Source: the human T2T-CHM13v2.0 reference genome, Homo sapiens. Taken from it: a stretch of 64,000 bases of DNA. This document shows, one piece after another, positions 41,010-55,520 of this stretch; position 1 is the stretch's first letter, and each line of letters starts with the position of its first letter. The notes beneath the pieces were generated by a model, which did no database searches, was not told the DNA's origin, and was given only the letters and a program-made list of their open reading frames with translations. The stretch lies in the NCBI RefSeq assembly GCF_009914755.1, contig NC_060940.1; one strand, 5' to 3'. The position numbers and the translations under genes were made by a program.

Positions 41010-42636
41010 CTTGTAATGGATTGTTCAATGCCCACTCACAAAATTAAGCACTATGAAGGTAAGGGCCCAAGTGTTTTATTCACATCTCTGTTCCAGGGCC
41101 TAGTACAGTGCTTGGCATGTAGTGAATGCTTAGTAAATATTATCTGGATGGACGGATGAGTGGGTGGATCTTAAAGGATCCTTTCAACCCTTTCGTCTGA
41201 GATTCAATAAAGGTAAATCCAAATAAAGCAGTAGTAATGTGTACAATCTTTTCAAATGTCCTGCAGTGACTGGAGAGTGAATTCTGCTGGTGGGAAGACG
41301 GAAATTAGAACAAAGGATTGTTTCTAAACAGAATGCCTGCACGCAGATATGAAGATGAGGGGAGTAAATGCCTTCAGCAAAATGAGGTCCTCATGATACT
41401 ATACTGAACACTATTCATGCATCCATTCCTTAGAACTACTCTATCAAGTAGGTACTGTTTTTCATCTCTCCTCTGCAAGTGAGAAAAGTGAGGGACTGTG
41501 AGGTTAGGTAGCAAGTTCCAAGTCACAAGCCACGCTGGTGTTAGAGATGGGGCAGACCCCAGCCCTGGAAGCTGCACTGATTAAATTGCCTCTTTATTCA
41601 TCTTAGATCCCCTTATGCTTTTCAGTCTCTAGGCACCAGTGATGGAATTGGGGATCACAGGAAAGAAAGGAAACACACAAAAAGAAAGAGGGTCTGGAGC
41701 TGGAGAAGAAAGCAGAGACCCCCAGTAGGCATCTGGGGCTCCAGGGAGAGTCTGAGTAACAGAGAAATCATAAGAGCGACACAATCTGAATATTAAGAAA
41801 TCAAGGGTAAATGATCATTCCCTAGTATTCAAACTTGGAAATTGTCTTTTTCCATAGAGGAAGAGAATGGAAATATTGATTGCATTTATTTTCTCATGAC
41901 ACAAAAGGTAAATTAATCCTTTTAGAGCAGAAAACATGTTTTATTACATTCTGAGTAATTTCCTTTGAAAAAGCAAAACATTTTTTAGAGCCACTGGCGG
42001 TAAAACTAGATTTTCCCCCCACATCTTAGATGAGAATGTGTGTCATTATTCATGCATAATCTGATTCCAAGTGATTCCTTGTTTACAGTTTGTTTTTTGT
42101 ATTTCCTTATGTAAGCAAGAATTAATACACTCAGACATGAAAGAAGTAAGTTAAATTATTTTTACTGCTTCTCTTTAGGACGTACAATATGTCTTCTTTA
42201 ACTATCAATGACACGTAAAACAGTCAAAGAAAAGCACAAATAAATACCTATGGAAACAAAGACAAACATCCCAAGGAGAAGCTATGTGCTTTGGGGTCTT
42301 GCCTGGCCCGCCTTCCTCCCTGGCACCTCCTAGGTACCAGGGGACCTGGTCTTCCCCCTCCCTGACAACCATTGTGTGCCACCCCATCCTGGCTTGCCAT
42401 CTCAGAGAACCTACTCCCAGCTGAGCTGGAAGCAAGATGAACATCCAGATGTGCATGCCTTTTGCACATCCTGGGGAGAGTGGCTCCTGGTGGGGAAAAG
42501 CCATAGCTATTCTCATTTCCAACCCAGAAAGCTGCCAACAACCTCTGGTGTGTGCAAATGATCTGAAGATGGTATTTGTGTGTTAATTTGTCAAAGAATT
42601 TCAAAGCCTGCCTGGGACTTTAAAAAGACTTGGTTA

Positions 42637-44210
<1,574 letters not shown>

Positions 44211-45683
44211 TAAGAAGCCTTGGTCAACATAAAGGATGTCTCAAGGTGCAAATCAGACTGAGACAAGCAAGGGACAGAGGACTTACATGTAAGGATGTGC
44301 TTACTCTCAAGTGGTAACCTGCACTGACTTGAGCCTGAAAGAGAGTGACTTCTTACCTCTCTTGCCTCATTCTAGTTTCAGTCTAAAGATACCTCTAAGT
44401 GTGTGACCTTAAATTCATTTTTATACTGCCTTTCCTGGAACTCTGTTCTTGGCAATCTGAGCAACTTACAGTTTGCTAACTTACATTTCCATAAACAGCT
44501 CTGTATATGTGACAACTGTTTAGAAATATGTTTCTACCTCTTTAATTCCTGTGTATGTGACATATAGCTCTTTTATGCCTTCATTATAAGAAAAACACAG
44601 AAGCCACTTTTTTTGCATTTAAAGCAGAGATGAAATAGGTAGCATATTTCTGATAGGGATGATCAACTGTGGCAGTAACAGGGCTGTAAAGTTTGACCTT
44701 ATGAATCTGGAATACTATGGCCGCTGGGAAGTGGAGGCCTCCTGTATCACTGGGTCTGTCTTGTCATCCCGTCACCCCCCCGAACTCTCTTTGAAGAGAT
44801 AAAGTGGCTTTATTTTCTCTCCAACTCAAATAAAGTGTATTCTTTGTCATCTGTTAGTAGGTCTTAGGCTCAGAGGATAGTTGGACCTTCCGCAGCCAGA
44901 TACCATAGTGAAACTGACATGAAATATAACAGCAGCTTACTGAATCTTTACCAGGTGCCAGCCCTATTCTCAGCCATCACTTAAATCTTCTGCCCAGTAC
45001 CAATCTTGGAACCAGGCAAGACGGGCTCCTGCTTTGGTCCCTGTGTGCATGTGTGTGCATACATTTTCCATGAGCTCTGCCTTGGCTCTTTGCTGGCTGT
45101 GCCTTTCCCCCTGGGGATGAAACTCTGGGGCTAAAGGCATATGTTCACCTGTAACTCACATCTCCTCTTCTAGTCCACACTCAGGGTGTCCAGGACCTCG
45201 GAATTTCCTGTCTGTGGCTGCACACACCTCTCTCCTAGGTCTGTCCTCTCAAAGGAGGATGGCACTGCCAGTGTATGTCCCCATATCCAAGAGGTGGACA
45301 ACTGGGGTGGGGTGGGTATCAGAGTGGAGGGGTATCTGGAGTAGGGATAGGTAGATCATGCACTTGAGAACCCCTTTTGTGTTCTGCTTCTTCAGCCCTG
45401 CAGATGTCAGGAATGGGCCTGCTCACTACAACTCTGTGAGGTTTTCTTATTATTTATCTTCATTTTATAGAAAAAGAAACTGAAACATAGAAAAGTCCAG
45501 ACATCTCCAAATGCACACATTGAGTGGGTCAGGGAGCCTGGATTTTTAACTCAGGCACCTGACTTCAGAGCCCCCAGCTTTATCCATGGTCCTGACAAGC
45601 AGCAGTCCCCCTTCTGAGATCACCACTACCTGGTGATGCCATGCTACAGTGTAACAGGGAGATCATGACAGCTACCCCAGAGG

Positions 45684-45719
45684 CAGCAGCAGCAGCAGCA
45701 GCAGCAGCAGCCGCCGCCA
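45684..45719. repeat. (CAG)9(CCG)2CCA trinucleotide repeat
   Basis: Direct count. Confidence 0.97.
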
Positions 45720-45765
45720 TGAGGGCTTCCTGGGAGCAGGCCCTGCGTTGGGTGTTCTGATGCAG

Positions 45766-46226
45766 TGTGTTAGTCAGGGTCCTCCAGAGAAACAGAACCA
45801 ATAGCATGCACGTGGTTTCTCATAAGGTACTGGCTCATGTGACTGTGGAGGCTGGGACCCAGGAAAGCTGATGGTGTCATTGGAAGGCCTGAGAGCCAGA
45901 GGGCTGATGGTACAAATGGTATAGATTCCAGTCCAGGTGTAAAGCCCTGAGAACCAAAAGTGCTGAGGGCAGGAGAAGATTGATGTCCTAGCTCAAGCAG
46001 TCAGGCCAAGCAATCCCTTCCTTGCGTTTTTGTTCTATTTAGGACCTCAGAGGATTGGATGATGCCCACCCACACTGGGGAAGGCCATTTGCTTTGCCCA
46101 GTCCACCAATTAAAATACCAGTCTTTTCCAGAATTACCCGCACAGACATGCCCAGACATAATATCTAATCAGCTCTTGGGACATCCCATGGCCCAGTCAA
46201 GATGGCGCGTAAAGTTAACCATCACA
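45766..46226 (-). mobile_element. MLT2 (B/C-like) solo LTR
   Basis: tgtgttagtcagggtcctccagagaaacagaaccaatag ... aaagttaaccatcaca. Confidence 0.9.
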
Positions 46227-46450
46227 ACAAGTCAGAACAACCTCAGCCTGGAGGCAGAGTCCTGGAGAGGTCCTTTCGGGTCAGGTGTTACTCACTTAGT
46301 CACTGGATTGCAGATGGATCCTGGGGGTCAGTGGGGGCCTGATCAGTGGCTGAAAAGATCAGAGGGCATGAGGGCACTTAGTGACTTCACTAAGCCTGGA
46401 CCTTTAACCAATATTAAACAATGGGATGAACTGAGAATGTTTCCCTAAAC

Positions 46451-46650
46451 CTGTGTTATCCAATAACATATCTACTAGACTCAACTGGCTATTTAAATTT
46501 AAACTGAGTAAAATTAAATCAAATTAAAATATAGCTCCCCAGTCACACTTGCCACATTCCATGTGCTCAATAGCCACACGTGGCTGGCAGATACCCTATC
46601 AGAAACACAGAACAGTTCCATCACTGCAAAAAGTTCCACTGGACAATTTT
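46451..46650. mobile_element. MER3/MER33-like hAT MITE
   Basis: tggctatttaaattt...cagtcacacttgccacatt...gtgctcaatagccacacgtggct...ccatcactgcaaaaagtt. Confidence 0.75.
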
Positions 46651-46700
46651 TGAGTAGCCTTTGCCACTATTATTGATTTTGAAAGGACACATTTCCAACC

Positions 46701-47103
46701 TGTATTGGTCCGTTCTCACACTGTTATAAAGAACAACTTGAGATTGGGTAATTTATGAAGAAAGGAGGTTTAATTGGCTCACAGTTCCACAGGCTGTAAA
46801 GGAAGCATGGTTGGGGAGGCCTCAGGAAATTTACAATCCTGGCAGAAGGGCAAAGGGGAAGCAACCACCTTTTTCACATGATGGAGCAAGAGGAAGAGAG
46901 AGCAAAGGGGAAACTGCTACACAGTTACAAACAACCAGATCTCTCCTGAGAACTCTATCATGAGCCAGTACTAGCGGGATGGTGCTAAACCATTAGAAAC
47001 CCCTGCCATGATCTAATCACCTCCTACCAGGCCCCACCTCCAACACTGGGGGATTACAATTAGACATGAGACTTGGGTAGGGACACAGAGCCAAACCATA
47101 TCA
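46701..47103 (-). mobile_element. MSTA solo LTR
   Basis: tgtattggtccgttctcac...ggatggtgctaaaccatt...gccaaaccatatca; TSD caacc / caaca. Confidence 0.92.
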
Positions 47104-47879
47104 CAACATTTTTGCCTTATTTCCAAGTGTCAAATAATTTTTATACTGATAGGCCAAAACCGGTTAGGAAGTGTTTGAGGCAGCAGGTTAAATTGTGCTC
47201 TTGACTTTTAAGACCTTTAATATGCTCATGTGCATTTTCACTATCCAAGAGGGAACTAGAGAAGGCAATGTTTTCCAACTTATTTGGGCTAGATTATCTT
47301 AATTTTTTCCATATGTATTGGGTCTGATGTTCCATCTATAAGGTGCTCCATCCAAGTAGGAAATGTTTCTTTAGAGGATGAATGTGAAGCCAAACTTGTT
47401 GGGACTCTTTTTCCTGGAAAATCAATTGCCATGTAAGAATTCAGGATACTCTGAGACCTGCATGCTGGAGAGCCCTGTCCAAAGCATCAGACACAGGGGA
47501 AGCTACCTTGGTCCCTTCAGACGAGACCAGCCATTCATTGAATACTTCTGTGTGACAACAGTTGATGCCCAGAGGGATTGACCAGCCATACACTGCCCCA
47601 ACTTCTGACTTAAAGAATCCAGGAGATATCATAAAGTGGTGTTGCTTAAGCCACTAAATTTTGAGGAGTTTCTTATGTGGCAGTAGTATCCAGGACAGAA
47701 TTTCTCCACCAAGAAACTAAAAGTGTTAAGAAATCAGTCACTTACCCTTAGCTTACAGCTTCTTTTCAGTCCTCAAAAGAAAAATAAAGTAAAACAAAAG
47801 ATGCCAGACATTGATTATTACAAAAAGGGAGCTGGACTAAGATATTTAAGGGCAAAGAAAGCTAAAGGCAAATTCTGAT

Positions 47880-48815
47880 TATGTTAGTTATCCATGCTGC
47901 ATATCAAATTACCCCCAAATGTATTGGCTTAAAGGGACTGGATAATCTTACAGTTTCTGTAGGTCAGGAATCTGGGTGAGCGTAAGTTATCTTCTGGCTC
48001 GGGGTCTTTATAAAGCTGCTGTCAAAGTGTAAGTTGAGGCTGCAGTCATCTCCAGCCTCCACAGGGGAAGAACCCACTTCTAAGCTCACTCATGTGGCTT
48101 TTGGCAGAATTCATGGACTGAGGCCTCAGTCCTTCCCTAGCTGTTAGCTGGAGGGCACCTTGGTTCCTAGCCATGCAAACCTCTCTATAGGGAAACTCCC
48201 AACATGACAACTGGCTTCAACAGAGCAACTGAGAGGCCAAAAGAAGGTGAGTGTATTAGTCCGTTCTCACAATGCTATGAAAAAATATCTGAGACTAGGT
48301 AATTTATAAAGGAAAGAGGTTTAATTGACTCACAGTTCCGCAGGGCTGAGGAGGCCTCGGGAAACTTACAATCATGGCAGAAGGGGAAGCAAACAATTCC
48401 TTCTTCACATGGTAGCAGGAAGGAGAAGAATGAGTGCCAAACAAAGGGAGAAGCCCCTTATAAAACTATCACACCTCATAAGAAGTAATTCACTATCACA
48501 AAAGCAGGATGGGGGAACCACCCCTGTTATTCAATTATCTCCACCTTGTCCCTCCCATGGCATGTAGAGATTATGGGAACTATAATTAAAGATGAGATTT
48601 GGATGGAGACATAGACAAACCATATCAGTAAGCAAAACAGAAATTGCCATCTTTTGTAACCCACCCTCCGAAACAACATCTTACCACTTCTGCGATATTC
48701 TATTTATTGTAAGCAAGTCACTAGGTTCAGCTCACATTCAAGGAAAGGGGCTTAAACAAGGGCATAATTAATAGGAGGTGGGGACCACTGCCATCAAAGA
48801 ACCTGCCTACTCTAC
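47880..48815 (-). mobile_element. MLT1F-like LTR interrupted by THE1
   Basis: acagtttctgtaggtcaggaatctggg... resumes after THE1 with ccacttctgcgatattctattt...agcaagtcactagg. Confidence 0.8.
48252..48627 (-). mobile_element. THE1C/D solo LTR
   Basis: tgtattagtccgttctcac...aaaccatatca; TSD gtgag / gtaag. Confidence 0.92.
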
Positions 48816-49774
48816 ACTGACATTTTGTTAATGGGAGTCAGGTTGCAGTTACCTGATGGTTAGCAAGGTTCTTGCACTGACATGGAAAAAGCAGTGACAA
48901 CATCGTATTATATAGGATATGACCATTACAAATGGAATACAACAACTCATATCTGCTTTCCCAACATATCTGCCTTCAACCCCTATTCCCCCCATTGCCC
49001 TTCTTGCTTGTGGATCTTTGCCAAGTTCATGCAGCATTGTGGTCTAAGGTATGGAAATCTCAAGCTAGACTTTCCATGTGGTAGCTTCTAGTAGTTCTGC
49101 TTTCTTGGAAAACCCCACGTGTTCTTTTGATCCTTCTGCCTTTGCTCTGTGTTCATTACTGACCTAAAGAGCATAAAGTTAAATTCATCTTATCTTAGCA
49201 GCTGTTGTATTTCTCCTCCCAGAACATGGGAAGCACAGTAAGATAATCCTTCCAGCCCAGCAGAAAGAGAAGATTCAACATGCACACTGCGGTGAGGATA
49301 AATAAACTCACCTGTCATATATATTAGCTAAGGTTATAAGGTTCCAAGGTATCACAAGAAAAGCTTCTTAGATTGTAAAGTGAATGTACTAAGGTGCAAA
49401 ATTAATAATATGCTCAAAATTAGCCCCTGAAAAATTTTCTTAACTTCCACATAAAGTACAGAATACATTTTGTATGCACCCTGCAGGTTATCGAAAAATT
49501 TATCACCTGGGCTTTTCTTTGTCCTGCATTGGAAAAGATCATCATTTCTTTGACTGAGGCACAGATGAAGCAGTTGCCTTGGTTTACTGCCATTGTTTTA
49601 TCAAAATATTCTTATTTAGTTATGTATCACCCAGCAGGTTTATGAGAGTTTATACAAGTTGAAAGAGTGTATTTGGTTTACTGTCTATGTGTTTTGTTTG
49701 TTTGTTTTATCAATAAAACAAAGAAAACAAGGAGAAGAAGTAGTGTGGACTCAGAAAATCTAGTAATAGTGTGG

Positions 49775-49988
49775 CTCAGTGGTTAGTTACCTTATTCTGT
49801 AAAGAAACAGTAAATAATTTAGGCTTTGCAGGCCATACTTCTTCTGTTGCAATACTTCAACTCTGCCTTGGATCATGAAAGCAAACAAACCTAAATAATG
49901 GTCATAGCTGTGTTCTAATAAAGCTTAATTTGCAAAAAAAATGTGGTGGGTCAAACTTGGACTATGGGTCATGGTTTGCCAAACTTTG
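49775..49988. mobile_element. MER58A-like hAT MITE
   Basis: ttctgtaaag...taggctttgcaggccata...tcaactctgcc...gctgtgttctaataaa...gtttgcc. Confidence 0.8.
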
Positions 49989-50042
49989 GCATAGTTAGTT
50001 GAGTGATTACTTGTCTGGTTTACTTTGCATTAAGTCTCTAAA

Positions 50043-50300
50043 ATCATCCATCCTTCCATTTACTCACCCATTCATGCAGCCAATTAGCTAGGCACCCATT
50101 CATCTATCCATCTATCTACACATCCATCCACACATCCACCCATTCATTCATCCATTTACCCATCCATCCTCTATCCATTCATCTATCCATCCATCCATCC
50201 ATCCATCCACCCATCCATCCAGCCACTTATCTAGGCATCTATCCATTCATCCATCCACCTATTTATCCGTTGAGTCAACTGGCCATCCATCCATTCATTT
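50043..50300. repeat. Degenerate (TCCA)n tetranucleotide tract, expanded L2 tail
   Basis: Direct observation; runs into antisense L2 (caacacatgtttattgagggcct). Confidence 0.92.
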
Positions 50301-50899
50301 ATTGATTCAACACATGTTTATTGAGGGCCTGCAGTACACAGGAAGCACAGACATCAATAGTAGGTGGAATATTATTCTTTTTATGCTGAGCCAAGAGGAC
50401 ACACGGTAATTATGGCTCTATACCGCAACTGTCACTGAGATTAGTGAAGCTGAGGCAAGTCCCCAAAGTCAGGACATTTGCCCTTTCACATCCAATTGCC
50501 TTTTACACCCACCTTCATTCCAAGCTGTCTCTTTTACTTCTTAATTCCTCCTTGAGCTGCAAGAACAAAAAACAAACAAATAAGCACATCTCCTTAACGT
50601 TAGAGCCGCAATGTAAAATCCCTTTGCCCAGGCAAGGTATGGAGTGGTGAGATAAACAGACCCTTTGAAAGGTGCCCTTGTGTCTCCTTTGCAACCTACA
50701 GAACTTCTCATCCTTTCAAATTCTGATAGAAGTAAGAGTTTCTGTTTAGTTCTTTCTATTGTATACTTAGCCATATTTGTAAGACCTTTTTGTTGATCCC
50801 AAACCCTTTAAGTGTTGTCGCTGTTACCTCTGGGAACAAGTAAAGAGCCTCCACTAACCCCAGAGACATTTCTGAAATTATTTAATCCTGAAAAATTTC

Positions 50900-52900
50900 T
50901 AAAATTTACCTCAGGCCTGCAAAAATTACACAAATGGCTAATGACTAGCGCCCAATGCTATGCCAAAGATGTGACATTGCCCCCCCCCGCCAAAATACAG
51001 AATAAATGATAAGGGGATGAACATGAAATATCTGGGTTAATTTCTGATGTGGTGAGACAAATTGACACATGCATGTGACGATCTTTACATAATGAAAGAT
51101 CTTTCTGTGAGATCTGCCGTTTCTCTCCTGCTAACACTTCTTCTAGGAGTTAAGATAATAAGAGTCACTGCTTGAAGGGGCTTGGGTTTGCCACCAGGTT
51201 GCAACATTGGCTCCAGCCATGAGGTGGCCTCTCTTCAATTGCTGGCTGGGCCTTCTGATGTGTGCAAAGAGCTTCGAAGTCCCTTTGGTTTGAACAGGTG
51301 CTGAAAGCTGGGGAAAGCCAAAATATTTTTTTCTTTCTGGGTCATGAACTGTTTGCTGTTGGAAACATCTGTATGGACAGGCGTATGGGCTAAACAAAAC
51401 AGAAGCGCAATGAACGATGATACCAGTCTTTGCTAGGGAGCCCCCTGAGGACCCCAATAAAGTTCACTTTTTAAGCACGAGCTGCGCACAGCGACAGGCA
51501 ATGAATTATCCACGTTGGTTAAAAGGCCAAGGTCACCTCATAACAACGTTGCCCATATTCTGCAGTTAAGTCAGGCCTGTCCCCAAATATTATTTGGGGA
51601 AGATGTGTGTGTGTATATGTGTGTGTGTGTATGCATGCATGTGTGTGTGAGCATGCATGCATGTGTGTGTGAGCATGTTCAGAGTCAAGCGATGATGTAG
51701 GCCCGCTTTCAGTAGCAAAAATCACCATAATTAGAGGAAATGCTACAAGTTCATTTCCGCAAAAAAGAGCAAGTGAGGGAGAAGGAGCTTAAAGACTAGA
51801 TGTTTAGACAGGCCTGCAAGCCCCCTTGTGACCTTGCTCTGATATTTAACAAAACATTAATCTTCTTGCCAGCAATTATAAAGGATACAGTGATGTCGCT
51901 GGCTCTCGGAGAGTGAGTAATAGTAATTCCATTGTTCCCCTTTATTTATGCCTTGGCTGTACCAGGCAGATGAGGTAGGTTGGGGCTTTGATATGTTATT
52001 ATTCCGCACTGGCAATACATAAAGGATGATTACACAAATATCTGTCTGTTTCGGAGGCACTGTTTCACACCTCCTTACAACTCCAGATCAAAGCGTTTCA
52101 ACATTTTATTATGAAATCATGGAAATCCTCCTCTAGTTTGCATATGAATTGTAGCCTTTTTTAAAACTGCCTATGTACCCCAGTGACAGTGGCTTTTGAA
52201 CCGCAAAAGGGAACAAGGTGTTAGATATTTATTCCTTGAAGGCTGTGCTAGCCGGATAATCTTGCCGAATGCTTTTCGCCAGGGTACTGTCCAAGATCCA
52301 GCAAACACAAAAGCTTGCAGGTGGGGGGACCCTCCATGTCACGCAGAGGCCAACGATTTCTCCTTCTCTTGTCAGGAAACAAAATGTGGTGTGAAAGCTT
52401 CCCTGTGGGAGAGAAGAAGAAAGAAAAGTTTATGCACCTTGCAATTTCAAGCTAAACAAAAAAAAAAAGCCATCTTTGCCTTCCTAAAATAAAATAAAAT
52501 CCTTACCCAGTGGTTGGAGTGGTGGCTGTGTTTACTATAGGTGATAGCCTCTGAGGTGTCACTCAGATTTTTGCCCACATTGACTTGGCAAAAACAGAGG
52601 AGAATCAGTGGCTTCTTTTGTGGGATTCGCATATAAACTGAGTATCTCCCTTTTTAGTTGACCTCCTTCTCTGGGGACAATTAATAATCTCCCTTGGAGT
52701 GTGGAGGGTGAGAGGGAAGTTGCCTGACAATTTTGATGTTTCCAGCATATATATGTGCCCCGGGGTGTTGCTTCTTTTACAGGGGTTTTTGTTTCTTATG
52801 TGGATCTATAAGGAGTACACAGACTGCAAGAAATCAAAGCCATTTTAGTGAAGGAAGCTTTATTTGGGATGGGAAAGGTCCATTTGTAGTTACAGAAGAT
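50900..52900. promoter_or_regulatory. Candidate conserved non-coding element / enhancer
   Basis: About 2 kb with no recognisable interspersed repeat, visibly more retained CpGs than the flanks, and TCF/LEF, SOX and nuclear-receptor motifs. Confidence 0.45.
51603..51675. repeat. Imperfect (TG)/(CATG) microsatellite
   Basis: Direct observation. Confidence 0.9.
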
Positions 52901-53723
52901 AGAGTTTGAACTTGAGATTCTCTGGCCTTATGGATGGGCCTCTGGCTTTGATTAGCACCTGTGGGCTGGGCGCCTCTCAGAGACCATAAAGGTGACCTGT
53001 CTTATGAAACGTGGAGGGCGAGGAGGTGCTTCATGGAGGACAGAGAGGAAGAAAGAGAAGCAAAATCATGTTCCTTTTCTGAGGGAGTCAAACAAAGTGT
53101 TATTCTACATGGAATGGATTCCAAACCTCAGCCCATCCCTGGTCGTGTGCAGGGAAATGGACACTGACCATATAGGAGACAGCTGACCCTGTGACTGAAA
53201 AATCAACCTCCCTGTTTTTGTAGAGTTGCGTGTGGTGTAGATGGCAAAGTGAGGAATTGCCAATGTTTCCTGCAAAGGAAGGTGTATCTGCAGGCCTGAT
53301 TGTGCCTCTTGCTGGCTTTCATTCAAGGATACTTCAAATTTTGTTAGGACATACTATTCTTACAATAAAATATTTGTCTTCGTCTCAATTAAGAGCACCC
53401 TGAAATGTATACCATTATACATAAATAGCTTATGGAGTGACTTATAGTTTACCCCGTTTGGCTTAAAACCAGCAGGGATCTATCAAGATCACAAATCCTA
53501 CCCTAACTTTGAAGCCTGTCCTGGTACCCACACCCCGCTACTTACAGACAATGTGATAGTTGACACCGTACTTAACTTCCACCATCCTACCTGCCTGTCT
53601 CTATTACTCATAGCCAGCAGGAAACCTTTGCTCATGGTCTGACCTCTCCAACTGTCAGACCCCGTCTCTCCTCTCAGACCTTCTGACCTTCAGACCTGTT
53701 GACTCATGCCACTTCCCTCTACT

Positions 53724-53965
53724 CAGAGGGGCAAATAGTTTTATTTTATAAAGTAGCTTTAAATGATTGGTAATGTCTACCAGGAATACTGTGTTGAGAA
53801 GGATTATGAAGCTTAGACTGGACTAGGGGGTGATGGAGAAGAGCAGCTTGATTGATTGGTGATGATTGATTAGTGAGGATTGATTAGTGATGGCTGATTA
53901 AGGATGATTGATTAGTGATGGCTGCCATAGTCATAGAGGAGAAAAGCAAGCAACTGTGCTGAGCC
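53724..53965. mobile_element. hAT-Charlie MITE (MER105-like) with an internal 14-bp tandem expansion
   Basis: cagaggggcaaatag...gattggtaatgtct...ctgtgttgagaaggatt...gattagtgatggctgccat. Confidence 0.6.
53849..53924. repeat. 14-bp minisatellite, about 5.4 copies (tgattgattagtga)
   Basis: Units start at 53849, 53863, 53877, 53891 and 53905. Confidence 0.92.
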
Positions 53966-54849
53966 TACAGAAGTCACAATGTCTGAGCCTGCTGGGCTGC
54001 CCACATTTCCCCTTTCTCCCTCCAAATGCTACCATCCTCCCAAATCCATAGGGGAAAAGGCCACCCTTAAGAATTTGCACCTAGAATACTGAAATGATTA
54101 ATGATGTGTTCACAAATTGTTTGCATAAGGAATACTTTCTTCTTGTCATCCTGAGAAAACATGATATTGGTCTTCTAACAAAACTTGGAAAGTTAACTTG
54201 AGAGAAACCTTTTAGTTGCTCTACAACAGCCTCCTCATCAAGTAAATGTATTTCAGCATCAGGGATTAAAAAAAAAAAGTCTACTTTTGCAGGTCATCTT
54301 TTGGGATTCGTTAGGATTTGTTAGGTCACCTTTTGGAATTTGAGCATTTGTTAGAAAACAAATTCTCACCGCGAATCCTTGTGTCCTGCCCCCCCTATAT
54401 ACTTTAAGATATAAAAGAAGCATCAGAAATGGCCCTTCTTATAAAGAACCTGCTAAGATGTGAAAGGGCCAAGAAAGAGGATGAAGGAGAATGGTGAAAA
54501 TGGCCATAGGGTGAATATTTCTGACAATAGCACTGTGAATAATAATAATTGTAACAGCACTAGCACACAGTTTGAAGGCTGTCTATGTTGCAAGTATTGC
54601 CCTTTATAGACATTTAATCCTATGGCAATCATATGAAATAGATAGTCTTACTGTAATGGTATCTTTCTTTACAGATGAGGAAATAGAGGCACCAGGAAGT
54701 CAAGATAAGGGCAGGGTTAAGACCAAGATGATTGTCCACATTGCTGGAACTTTTTTTGCATTTGGCTCCTGGGAAAATAGACTCCAAAAATTTACTTGGG
54801 TCTTTATTTAGCAAGAAATAGTATTGGTATTAAGATAGAATATTTAGAT

Positions 54850-55520
54850 TTCCAAGAAAAAAACCAGAGTCAGAATAATCTTTTCCCTTGTAAATAAAAG
54901 AGAGAGAGAGAGAGAGAAGGAGTGAAGGGGTAACATTCCTCGGTGTGAAAAGTATAAAAGTGTCCCAGCGCTGGGCTGGCCTCCTGCTGCTGGGATGTCC
55001 CCCACCCCTGCGTTCTCCTTTCGGCCCAGCAGCCCAGCTGACATGTGATGGAGGCTCACAAAGGGAAGAATTCCACAGGCTGGGCTCTGAGCTTGTCCAT
55101 AATTTGTTACATTGTTCCCCCACTTTGCTGCACGTATGAGATATGCAAGACCCCCGACAGCTCTGAGACCACTGCGGTGGCTGGGCACAATGGGGGGGCT
55201 CTGAAGCTGAATTGTGGCCATAACCTGGAGTTCCTTTGCCTTTGTGACTGCCAATAGGATGCTTTAAGTCATTGGGGTGGGCCTTTGTGAGTGCGATTAC
55301 AAACCAGGAGAGGAAGGGTGAGGAAGCAGGGCTATCTGTGCACGCACGTGCAACAGTTACTAAGCTCGTGTTTCTGGGGCAGGCGGAATAGGAGCTGGGT
55401 GTTTATAACATGGTCATTCTCCTTTACAGAATCCTCTGTGAGCCGAGCTGCTAACCACTATGACAGGACTTTGTTTGGGTAGCGTGTTAAGTTAGCTTGG
55501 CTGTTTCCACCTGCTGCTCA
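54850..55520. promoter_or_regulatory. Candidate enhancer/promoter (GA repeat, T-box-like site, TATA, SOX cluster)
   Basis: ggtgtgaaa at 54942, tataaaag at 54953, and six SOX-type motifs between 55057 and 55475; repeat-free. Confidence 0.4.

Larger units (their letters stand above)
39640..41165 (+). mobile_element. Fragmented L2 relics hosting the 318-bp duplicate and a MER81
   Basis: gccagagtg...aaatc, ttcaaggcttccc...aaattcctc, and 3' cagtgcttggcatgtagt...gtaaatatt. Confidence 0.55.

Noticed and set aside
45684-45721. HTT-like polyQ/polyP coding exon
   Set aside because: No CpG island, no long CAG-frame ORF or recognisable protein, and it is flanked by MIR and MLT2 relics.
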